Below, in pieces: positions 18,670 to 30,296 of a DNA stretch of 64,000 bases. The stretch is from the NCBI GenBank assembly GCA_020137815.1, contig CM035362.1:1426001-1490000 (forward strand), given 5' to 3'. A program made the position numbers and the translations under genes. Numbering within the stretch: the stretch's first letter is position 1; every line of letters begins with the position of its first letter. The stretch is from Hormiphora californensis. Taxonomy: Eukaryota; Animalia; Ctenophora. The notes beneath the pieces are model-generated. The model worked only from the letters and a program-made list of their open reading frames with translations, ran no database searches and was not told where the DNA came from.

Positions 18670-21600
18670 ATGAATGTCGGGGAGGCGTTATTGGGGGACA
18701 CCCTGCAAAACACACCCTACCACCTTCTCCCTCCCTGCACACATCAGTATAAAGGTGAGATCAGCAGTCAAGTAGAGCGGTTCGTAAAGGTCACGTGACA
18801 TAGGTTATATCGCTCCCTTCCCTATTCGTGTTCTTCCACCCATAATTGATATCCTGATCTTATTCCTCAAGGTGGTGCTCGGTACTATGGGGAGATATTT
18901 GATTTTAAAAGACAGGGACGTGGTGTCATGACTTACCCGGACGGTGACTTTTATGAGGGTAAGTATTAGTGAATTCTTGTCAGGGGGAATATGATATACA
19001 GCTGGGTGATAGAATCCTGAAATAAATATCAACCCCATAACATTAGTAGTCTCTTGAAAACACCCACATTACTGGTATTGGCACTGTTTCAGGTCACTTT
19101 GAGGCAGGTGTAAAGGATGGATGTGGAACTCAGAAGTGGTTGGATGGTAGTGTATACACTGGTCCATTCAGACAGGGCCGCCGACATGGCACTGGAACAC
19201 ATCAGTGGCCCTCTGGAGAGGTGCGTGTGACATTTTGACCCTAGAGTTATGTGGATAACAATTAGACATGGGTATAACAAATGGTTCTTTGTAAAAACAA
19301 GTACATAATGAGAGGGAGAATGCTAGATAGCGGACAGCTCACTTCCTGTACTATTCATGTGTAGTACAGTGGCGTACAGTGTGTATCTAGTCCCCCCCCC
19401 CTTAACTTGGGGATCCCCCTCTCTCTCTCACACAATAACACCAAACAGTAAAGTCCATTTTTATTCAACTGTTCACCCCTCAACTTGTGTGCGTGCGATA
19501 TTTTAATTTACGCTGTGCGCGCTACACGTTAACATGTGATAAACGCACAAAAAATTCCACGCACGACTTTGGGGGGTGAACAGTTGAAAAAAAAATGGAG
19601 TATACCCGCCACTTACAGTCTTCCACAGTCTTCCACAGAACTCATATCACGTGTGTATCTTGTATTGTCCATGAAATAACCATGTACAGTATAGTTTGTT
19701 GAGGCGATGTTCACAGAATGGTTTAAAATTCTTACAGTACTCGCATGCAAAACGAGAAAACTTTTTCTATACGTCAACCGCATTGCGTGTACATGTGTCT
19801 TAATTTCACACTTTTAACTGTCCATAAATCTTGAAAACCAAGAAAAACAAACTGTTTATCAAGTTAATTAGTTAGCTTTTTGAGGTTTGAGAACACAGCC
19901 AACTCAACTTCACAGGTGTTTGAGGGAGAGTTTGTGGAAGATGAGAGATGTGGTAAGGGCAGCTATACCTGGCCTAGTGGAGATCGCTTTGAGGGAGAGT
20001 TTGGGGCTGATCTCAAGAATGGAGGTGGCACTTTCTACTTTGCTAACGGGGACATATTCAAGGTAATCTCCTCATCACGACTTGCCCGGCCGTGAAGGAG
20101 GTATAGAACTCTCATCAGAGTCTCAAATCGTTCTGACAGATGCTCACTCCCCCTGCAGTCACCATGACCCTACACACTTCTTATCTGTAGTTCACCTGTC
20201 GACAACTTGTTAGTAACGTGTTTCTCTCCCACCCTCCCAGTTGTCAAATCTGAAATCAGCCAGGGACCTCGGGGTTTTGAAGAATTCTAGTTCTTTTTAT
20301 TGACACATCTTTCGATCAAATAATGTTCATACCTGTTCCATTTAATCACTGTTATTCTGAACTAGAAAGCAGTGTCTGATACACGTACACTATAATGATT
20401 TTTACCAATAAGGCGTAATTGCCTGGAAATTACTCGGTACAATTCCACGGAAGCCGAGTTGAAAAGTTGTAGCAATTGGCTCTACACAATGCCTTCCCCG
20501 ACCTCATTCTCCTACCCTCAGGCTGTGTTCATTTAGAACTAAAACATGATTATAGATCCCCTCTCTCTCTATTTCTCTCTCTCTGATTCATCACCTCTCC
20601 AATGCCTAGCCTGGTTCGAAAACTTTGTGCTATATCACTGCCTAATACATTTCCAATTCCACCTGACCCACTCCCAATTCCGCCTAACCCACTTTCAACT
20701 CCACCCAACCCACTCCCAATTCCACGTAACCCACTTTCAACTCCACCTAACCCACTTCCAACTCCACCTAACCCACTTCCAACTCCACCTAACCCACTTC
20801 CAATTCCACCTAACCCACTTCCAACTCCACCTAACCCACTTCCAACTCCTTCTAACCCACTTCCAACTCCACCTAACCCACTTCCAATTCCACCTAACCC
20901 ACTTCCAACTCCACCTAACCCACTTCCAACTCCACCTAACCCACTTCCAATTCCGCCTAACCCATTCCCCCCACTTCCTAGGGTGGTTATAAAGACGATG
21001 AGAGGAATGGTGAGGGGTCCATGCGGTACTCCACCAAGACAGAGGACAGGGGTAGTTGGAGAGGGTGTAGTTTAGTGAAACTGTGCAACTCAGTTCTACC
21101 TGCATCTCTTCTGGATATTGAGACTCCCAGTCCAGGTATACAATCAACCTCCCCTGTCCAGGTAAATTTTTAATAAACCTTCCCCCTCTTTTTAATTTGA
21201 CACATCTTCTTGACGCTGCTGTCAGCTTTCTGTCTGCAGCAGTCAGTTTTCTGCAGACAGATAGTCAGATAGTTGACAGTAAAATCTTCAACAATTTCCC
21301 CGTGTTTAGAGAACCAAAGCTTAATTTTAATCCAAACTCCCAGGTTGTGATATGTGTGACTTGAGAGAGGTGACCAAGGGTTTCACAGTAAAAGGACGCC
21401 CCGAAAGTTCCCTGAATATGGGTGCCCTGGAGACGTCCTCCCAGGCACTTCTACTGGCTGCCCTAAAAGGTAATGATGCATGATGTGGGCCGTGAAATAT
21501 GCCACTCTGTGCTACTAATATATTATATCGCTGTTACCATACTACTGTAACAACAATTTTACCATAACGTTGCTACAACACTGCTATAACGCTAAGTACA

Positions 21601-24600
21601 ACAATGCTATAATAATGCTACTGCTATATCAATGTGTGCTATCCTGCTATCTAGGTGATAACGCTGCCTCTGTCTACCTGCTACAATACACGTGTGCTAG
21701 ACCTGACGTGGCTGATTGCAATGGGTTAACTCCCCTTCATGCCGCCAGTGTAAGTGTTACCCCGAGTGTTACAACTCCCCCCCCCCTCGTTACAACTCCC
21801 CCCCTCGTTACAACTCCCGCCTCGTTACAACTCCCCCCCTCGTTACAACTCCCCCCTCGTTACAACTCCCCCCTCGTTACAACTCCCCCCTCGTTACAAC
21901 TCCCCCCTCGTTACAACTCCCCCCTCGCTACAACTTCCCCCTCGTTACAACTCCCGCCTCGTTACAACTCCCCCCTCGTTACACCCCACACACATCACCA
22001 TGGAAACACCCCCTTTGTGATATGTTACCCCCCACACAATATGTACCCGATATACAGCTGGACTAAGCTCTTTTGTCCCCCCCCCTCGTCAGCCTGTGTT
22101 GTCCTGATCTAGGCAGCATTCCAGGGACCTACACTGAGTTTTCCGGAATGTGACAAATAATCCCTTGAGAATTGGGTTTGGCTTCCTTGCCTTGCTCTCT
22201 CCCTCGCTCTAAAACCCCTCCACGTCGGATACAATTCAGGACCCGGCCCGGAACACACACGCTCCCAGCCTTGAAACAAACGGAATCGCTCTAACACTGA
22301 TTATTACAGGTGTTCTGCAGGACCAAAGTGGTTAACATCCTCCTTGATAATGGGGCTGATGTTAACCAGTTAACAGATGCCGGTGTGTCACCCCTCGTTG
22401 CGTGCCACCTTCACCTTTACTTTAACTCACAGTGTGGATACAACATTACCACTAGAAAAGGTAAGAGTTGTTATGTTTTGTGATGTTTTGTGATGTTTTA
22501 TGATGTTTTGTGATGTTTTGTGATGTTTTAAATAGTTTACAACTAGTGTCTAGTGGTCCCGGCTCAAACAACGGACACACATGGTTGATAGTTGGGGGTA
22601 CATCTCTTTTTCTCTCTCACCCCCATCCCATCACCCCGCCCCTCTCCCCAGAGCCCTTTTTCTCCCTCCCTCCCTCTCTCAATCACCCTGCATCTCCTCC
22701 CCAGAGCCCTTGTTCTCCTCGACTATGGAGGATGACCTTGATGGACCTATAGAACAGTTAGCTAACATGGAACACAAAGTAACGCTACCAGAAGAAGATG
22801 GAGAGGTACAGTTCTCTCTTTAGTTACTGTAACAATCTCTCTTTAGCTCTCTCTCTCTTTCGCTCTTTAATGTAACAATCTCTCTTTAGCTCTCTCTTTA
22901 TTTAATGTAACAATCTCTCTCCTTAGTGAAAGTAACAATCTCCCTTTCACAGGAGAGTAAGGAAAGTAATGTGGAGGAAATACTGGATCAGTCTCAAAGT
23001 GACATTTCACGTGTTACATCCACCATGAGCGGTATGTATCTTGTGGTAGAAACCTAAATTTGTGATAGAAACTGGCTACTATACTGCTTTTTATCGCTGA
23101 AATTGAATCACTGACCATGGATCCCAGGACCCAGATGCTTTCTCAAACCACTCCTTTGTATCTCACATCTAACAGAATATCTTCATCCCTTCACAGAACC
23201 AGATGACGGTGGAAGCTATACCACAGTAGTTGTGTATGGAAAACGGTATTTTGTAAATGAGAAAGCAGTTCTAGAAGATCTCTCCCTCCCATCTTCCCTG
23301 ACTTTACCCTCCCAAGAGGAGCTAAGGGCTACTATTAAACTATTGCTAAAACGAGGTTAGGGGAGGATGATTAGGGGTTTTATCATTGCTTGGGGTAGTA
23401 TCGAGGTTGTTTCTGAGTTCAGAGTGACATTCCGGCAAGTTGAATTAGTATTTGATGATACTATGCTAATAATGGGGGGAAGGGATGAATATAGAATCTT
23501 TGATCTAATGACTCCCACATGTTGATCTATCACTTTTCTACCCAATACCCAGGTGCTGACCCTAAGTTGGGTAGTGTACCTGTTCCTGCTTTGATACTGG
23601 CTATATTGGCACACGATGTTGAGGCCGTCCAACTGTTGCTGCAATCCGGTGCTGACCCAACTGCCCCACTAGGTACTTGCTGCACTCGTAATTTACCGGG
23701 GGAGGGGGTGATTTGGGTCTTCTAAATCGAGCGCTCTGTGAGGGTTCGGTAGATCAAGTCGTCTGTAGCTGCAGAGTTGAATCTAATTCACCCATAACAT
23801 GCATAATCATGTTTATTATCTTTGCACGGAATCGTTCCAATCCCCACACCACACTAGGTAAGAAGTACGGCCACAAGAGTCCACTACACGTAGCAGCCGG
23901 TCTAACAGGACCTGGAGCCCCCGTTATCGTCTCCCTACTACTGGATAGGGGAGCCAACCCTAATGTCCGGGATGCCCTCTCTTTCTCAAGAAGTGGGGCC
24001 ATTCAGTGGAAACTGGCTGAGGATAGAGATGAGTAAGTGGTGAAATTATTACTTATTATTAGTAATTCAGTCGCTTTTAGTTCTGTGTTGAGAATGAAAT
24101 ACTGGGGAAATATTCAAATATTTCCAGCACGAAACATATTCTATCGTGCAACAATATGTTTTGATCCACCTCCAATCAATAGGAAGATCTTTGTCTCTTT
24201 TGCTTGCTGGCCAATTTAACCTAATTAGACACTTACTTCTACACAAGTTCGGGGTCTGCCATATATGGAATAATTCGGTCTGGAAGCTGTCTATATGTTT
24301 TCTTTATGGATCCCGTTTCAACTTTCAGTTTTGCTCGAACCTATCTATCTGCTACCAAAATATTCCCATATTTTATGCTTATTTTGCTCTAGTACATTAC
24401 ATGCCTCTCTCTAGTATTTACAGGCATCAATGCGTGTCAAATTACAAAGTGAGCCAGGAAGACGTCATTAGTTATGTGGGGCAGTTCATCATTGTGTCGA
24501 TATCGATATCGAACGGTGCAGTAATGCTTGTCAAAACAAAGACTAACTTTTGATAGTTTAGAGTCTAAATGACCTGTGACATAATAATTATGCATATGAT

Positions 24601-26533
24601 ATTTTGGCGCGGGAAAGTTTCCTCCGTTGCTATGGCCACGGGGCGATATTTTACTGATGAAAGTACACAACCTTCATTCCTTTGTTCGCGCCGCGCGCGC
24701 GTGGAGTTTGTAAAGTTTAATTTCTTGAAATCCCATTTCTTGTCCGACAAAAAAAGAGGTTTCAAGAAAAGACAGTTTTCGGGCCACACCTTGTTGGTCC
24801 AACCCCTCTAACTCCCCCTACCCTCCTAGAAACGGCAACTCTCTGGGTACGACCCCCCTCCAAGTGGCCTGTTCAATGGACAAAGACAACACAAGTAGCA
24901 CTGAAGTTATCAAACTATTGTTAGCACACGGTGGGGATACTAATGTGGTATGCTCAGGTCACTCACCCCTTACTCTGGCTATATACAGTGGAAACGATTC
25001 AGGTATGTCTCCATTTGTGTAGCTCGTAAATAAATGCAGGCGGATGTAGTGAGATCCTGAGTTTTGGTTTGGTCTATAGTTTAGGTTTGTTCATCTTTCT
25101 CTATCCAATGTCACCTTTTCAATTTCGCTGGAGCTACCTCTAACCCATTCTACTTTTCAGCTCTGGACCTGCTTCTAGAAAATGGTGCCAACCCATCTTT
25201 ACCTCTCGGGGCACCCATCGGATCGGCCCTCTGCGCTGCTGTGGATACGACCTGTGAAGGCCGGAGGTCTAACGAACAGCGACTAAGTAAGCATATGACC
25301 ATATTTGGTGTTTACCTAATATGGAGTTATATTCACACATATCCTCTACTACAGATGTGATCAACTTGCTGATGAAGCAGGGAGGGGACATCATGGCACT
25401 AGTTCCTGTGGGAAAGAGCGGAAAACACCAGGGGACCGCTGTGGACTATGCAATGCATGTTTTTTATCAGGTTAGTTAGTTGGACATGTGTTTATTTGTC
25501 AACAACGTCCCCGGCCCCCGCAAGTATAATTCTTCATATACCCTGACCCCTCCCTCTCTTTCTCCTAGGATAAACGAATAGCCCACACCCCCGTTCCACG
25601 CTCTCTCCCCCGCTGAACGGGATATTTACATGGCCCGGACCAACCTACTAAACTACATGGCCACCCTGTTAAGAGAGGAGGTACAGAAGAGGGAGAGTGA
25701 TGCTAGGGCAGCTGCTGGAGATGAGGATGGGAAAAAGAAACCGAAAGCGCTCTTCAAATACTGTTATGAGTGCGGGAGAAGTGCAGGTATGAAGTTGAGT
25801 AGGAAGGGGGGGGGGGGCAGGAATCGAAGACACCTCACACTCAGGCCGCTACGGCAAGGGAGGGGTAACTTCTTTACTAAGGGGCAGGGGGGGTAATCAA
25901 TCATCATTGAGATTTCAGTGGTTTCGGCAGAGCCTCGATATTGCCCTACAACATATTACAGTCCATGTTATTCTATTATATAATAATTCCACAATATTTA
26001 ACCACATTATTCCTAGGTGTAAAGTTGACCCAGTGTACCCGATGTTACACCGTCTCCTTCTGTTCCCAACGGTGTAAGCTAAAAGCATGGACTAGTCGAC
26101 ACAGACGGGAGTGCATTAAGATTGAAAATAAACAGAAGTCGGAGAAGAAAGAGCAGCCTAAACTGCCGCCCATCACCCAGAAGAAAACGGTGAAGATCGA
26201 AAAAGAAGGGAAGCAAGGTGAGAAAAAGAGGGTGAAATTATATCTGAAATCTTCATTCCCCCTAGTCGACATTTGTCGATTTGTTGTGGTCCATGATTTG
26301 TAATTTATCTAGACATTTCCGTTGTTTCTCCATTATTAATTGTGCCCCATTCTCACCCCACACTATCTGCAGAACGAGAAGATAAAAAGGGGGCAGCCGG
26401 GCCGAGCAAGGGTGGATCGATATCCAAGGAGCTGTTTGGTAACAAGGCCGGAAAGGGTGGAGTTAAAAAGGAGACTGAGTTAATCGACCACACTTTACCA
26501 CGATTAGTTAACCTTCAACACAGCCAGATCTAA
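18670..26533 (+). CDS. ANKMY1: Ankyrin repeat and MYND domain-containing protein 1 (MORN repeats + ankyrin repeats + MYND finger)
   Basis: MORN repeats (YYGEIFDFKRQGRGVMTYPDGDFYEG; FEGEFVEDERCGKGSYTWPSGD), ankyrin repeats (GLTPLHAA, KSPLHVAA, GTTPLQVAC, GHSPLTLAI), GTAVDYA, and MYND FKYCYECGRSAGVKLTQCTRCYTVSFCSQRCKLKAWTSRHRREC. The start is tentative. There is an apparent +1 indel at ~25590. Confidence 0.9.
20650..20978. repeat. 21-bp minisatellite (aacccacttccaactccacct)n in an ANKMY1 intron, ending at the acceptor
   Basis: About 15 visible units. It accounts for the spurious PPNPLPT and WKWVRWS ORFs. Confidence 0.95.
21765..21985. repeat. ~19-bp minisatellite (ctcgttacaactccccc)n just after an ANKMY1 donor
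   Basis: About 11 visible units. Confidence 0.95.
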
Positions 26534-26650
26534 TGGAGCAGTCCTTATAAGGGCGTAACAGCCAGATCTAATGGAGCAGTCCTTATAAGGGCGTAACAGG
26601 CAGATCTAATGGAGCAGTCCTTATAAGGGCGTAACAGCCAGATCTAATGG
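26519..26650. repeat. ~38-bp tandem repeat (x3.3) spanning the ANKMY1 stop codon
   Basis: cagccagatctaatggagcagtccttataagggcgtaa repeated. Confidence 0.9.
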
Positions 26651-26893
26651 CAATTTATGAACAATGGACGTCAGATGAACTTCAAAACAGTGTCAGAGGG
26701 ACTCTGTTTATTTTGTCTTTTGCTCCAAAGAGCTGTGTACTGTTATGTATACTCGTGTAAAGAACTGATTATCTAATTTATATTGCCAGATGTATAAAGT
26801 GTGAATGAGAAATGTACAGATTTATCAGAGTCTTTGAACAATATTTAAAAACTTGAATTCCGAAACACCCAAAAATAATCGCCTTTCATTTGT

Positions 26894-27385
26894 TTAGTTT
26901 GGCCCAAGCTTGGGTGGATGAGAAAGTGTTGGATAGTACAGGACAGAGGGAGCCACTTGGACCAAAAACTGCATGTGTTGGTCAGGGGGAATTGGGCAAC
27001 GGGCACGTTGAGCCCCTCTCACTTTAATAAAAGCCGTGCAGGGTTGCGCACATGAGCCGCAGCATCGCGCCGGAAGTCTTATCTTAATTGCACCGCGCGT
27101 TCCATACATGTCGACCTGATGATAGTGACCTTATCAGTGATCAGGTACATTAACTGTATCATCGGACCCCGACACTCGACAGGGGCAGCTCTGGCCGGGT
27201 GTCCAGGTGGCCATGGGGTGCTCGGGGGAAGTTTATCCTCCCGGTGTCCGACTGTATCACCGGAATGAGCTCATTCGTGATAGTACAGCTGAACATTGTG
27301 GTGCCCAATTGATCCATTGATCCAGATAACAATCTGACTGCCATGACCGATTTCGGCGTAAAATGAACTACGAAACGACAACAGT
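26894..27385 (-). CDS. Possible 3' exons (27385-27261, 27115-26894) of a small unrecognised gene
   Basis: An acceptor ttttgttag, a donor ccg|gtgata and an acceptor atcag|gtc join two ORFs in frame (...TNELIP|VDMYGTRGAIKIRL...). The putative intron is largely a degenerate MITE. No start exon or homology recognised. Confidence 0.25.
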
Positions 27386-28471
27386 CTAACAAAAGGGAAA
27401 GTAACTAGAAACGAAGATTTTTTTTCAAGTTAAAATAAAAACCCTTTTCCATGCAGATGAGAAATACTATATTATATTCCTTGATCCTCACAGTTTAAAT
27501 GAACAGACTTCACGGATGGTCAATAATATCCCATATCTTCAAAATTCTCAAAATAAAGCTAAGAAATCAGGTGTCTTTAGCAGTCTCAAAACAGCCCGAA
27601 TAAAAAACCCTTCACTTTCCTTCCTCCTCTTCTCGGAATGGGTATTGGGCAATCATATCCGTTGCCATGCTACGCAGTCTGTCGTTTGGGCTTGCTTTAG
27701 CTCACAGTACCGGGCCTGGGAAAATGTCAAGAAATTCGTATCAGCGAGGAGTTGTCAGCGTCTTTGGATTCCGTGCACCAGGTTTTATCGTATATGAAAA
27801 TAGAAAATGGTTAGAATCCCAATTAATTTATCTAACTGAAATAGGTTATTTCCATGTACGGTGCTATTTCATGGTGATTTTGCCAGTACACAACATGCAT
27901 ACCCCAGCGGTATTTATGTACTATACAAATTGTAAACCATTCCCTCGGCTGATTTTATTATACCCCAGCAGCTGTATATCCTTTGCAATATGCCGACCAT
28001 ATAACGTAGCATGACCTGCAATATCAATTACAGTAGCCCAATTTAAACCCCAGCATTATGACTGTGTTGTTCTTCACTAATATTTCTTGTGGTAAACTCC
28101 GTGATGCAATATAGAGTGGGGTACTGGGCTGACCTAATTCTTAGCAGACAGCCTCTCTCTCAGTAGCTATACCCACAGTGAAGACTGTTATATTGTTGTC
28201 TGTATGTTTTTTGTCTGTCAAAAAGGCGTCTAGTTCTGCTTCTGAGATATGTATCCGCTGATCTGTACATATATTTAGTCATGACTAGTCAGTAGTAAGC
28301 CCTTGTTAGGCACCACCAAACAGAAGTCAGATTAGCCATCGTTTAGTACCTACTACCTATAGACAATGGTCAACCAGCATTTATGAGACATTTTTTATGG
28401 ACAATGTTTCTCCATGTTTGCTTGTTTTTCGACTGTCAGTAGTGTCTGACTGTGGTCTGGAAACCACCTAC

Positions 28472-29966
28472 TGCACACGGTGTCCCTTAAGGAGGTTAAA
28501 CCTCGGCTAGAATAAGTTTTTTGGAGACCGGACCTAGGTTACGTATTTTTGACCGAGGAATCCGAAAAACATAAAATTAAAATCGAAAACGTAGCGGTTT
28601 TTGCGTAAAACGGCAAAAACTGTCATTTTTCAGCGATTTTCGACTTTTTACGCTTTCTAGAGATTTAAAAAGTATTTCTTTACAAGATATGATCTTGTGC
28701 TTCTAGACTAATAAAATACAATCGATTTGCTACAAATTGGTCCCGGGTTTGTGTGATTTGGTCAAAAGCTCTCTTTACTGTGGCCCATCAAAGATGGCCA
28801 CTCTGCAAATATGTATTTGGCTCCTGTGGCTGCAGATGTAAACCAAAAGAAGATTTATTATACACTAAAATTTGCGTCTTCTCAAGGCGAACAACCTGGT
28901 TTTTACGGCATTCCATTTCATGCAGGCGTTGAGGAGTTACAGCTGAAAAACTGGTACAGTGGATTTTGGAAATACCCCTACTTCAACAAACCCTAATCCA
29001 GATAAGATTTCGAAAAATATACATCTGCATACATGAAAATGAAGCTCAGGCAAATGCCAACGTGATGCAAAAAACGGGAAGTGTCTAACTTATTTCGTTT
29101 AGAAGCTATAGCCAAAGTAAAAGTGCTTATATTTGCCTTGAAAACACCCTCTAAAAACCATACTTTTGGACAATTTCTGACAATTTCAAACAAATTCTGT
29201 CCACAGGGGGCTAAGTTGGTGCACTGGAGGTGACATTTTATTCGTATTGCATTTTTAGACAGATTTGCTGTTTTTCAGGGCTTTTAGAGGGTGTTTTCAA
29301 GGCAAATATAAGCACTTTTACTTTGGCTATAGCTTCTAAACGAAATAAGTTAGACACTTCCCGTTTTTTGCATCACGTTGGCATTTGCCTGAGCTTCATT
29401 TTCATGTATGCAGATGTATATTTTTCGAAATCTTATCTGGATTAGAGTTTGTTGAAGTAGGGGTATTTCCAAAATCCACTGTACCAGTTTTTCAGCTGTA
29501 ACTCCTCAACGCCTGCATGAAATGGAATGCCGTAAAAACCAGGTTGTTCGCCTTGAGAAGACGCAAATTTTAGTGTATAATAAATCTTCTTTTGGTTTAC
29601 ATCTGCAGCCACAGGAGCCAAATACATATTTGCAGAGTGGCCATCTTTGATGGGCCACAGTAAAGAGAGCTTTTGACCAAATCACACAAACCCGGGACCA
29701 ATTTGTAGCAAATCGATTGTATTTTATTAGTCTAGAAGCACGAGATCATATCTTGTAAGGAAATACTTTTTAAATCTCTAGAAAGCGTAAAAAGTCGAAA
29801 ATCGCTGAAAAATGACAGTTTTTGCCGTTTTACGCAAAAACCGCTACGTTTTCGATTTTAATTTTATGTTTTTCGGATTCCTCGGTCAAAAATACGTAAC
29901 CTAGGTCCGGTCTCCAAAAAACTTATTCTAGCCGAGGTTTCACCTCCTTAAGGGACACCGTGTGCA
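28472..29966. mobile_element. 1.5-kb foldback element: ~685 bp near-identical inverted arms with a ~125 bp spacer
   Basis: tgcacacggtgtcccttaaggagg... mirrored by ...cctccttaagggacaccgtgtgca. Identical ORFs appear on opposite strands (28811+/29627-; 29193-/29445+). Confidence 0.95.
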
Positions 29967-30296
29967 CGGAGCTTTTCTGAATCACATTTTCGAGACGAAT
30001 CCAACGCAACCGGAATTAGCTTTCTATCTTATCGGGAAGTTTGGGCTTGAGCATCTTCATTTTTGGTCATTTTTCGGTGCGCGAGCCAGACCACAGTCAG
30101 ACCCTAACTGTCAGGCCAATGCTCTGAGCACATTTCTCGCGCACATTTGAAATGAGAATAGGATCAGGCCAATATGCTCTGACAATTTTTCGTTCTATTT
30201 GAAGGGTAGGCGAAGCAGCACTCTGCATTATCTCTCCATGTGATTCATTACATGTGATTCATTACATATTTCTCCAAACCCATACCAGCTATAACC

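Noticed and set aside
20546-22112. Pro-rich, His-rich and Trp-rich ORFs
   Set aside because: Products of intronic minisatellites within ANKMY1.
28811-29627. Pairs of identical short ORFs on opposite strands
   Set aside because: They result from the palindrome arms and show no transposase or other motif.
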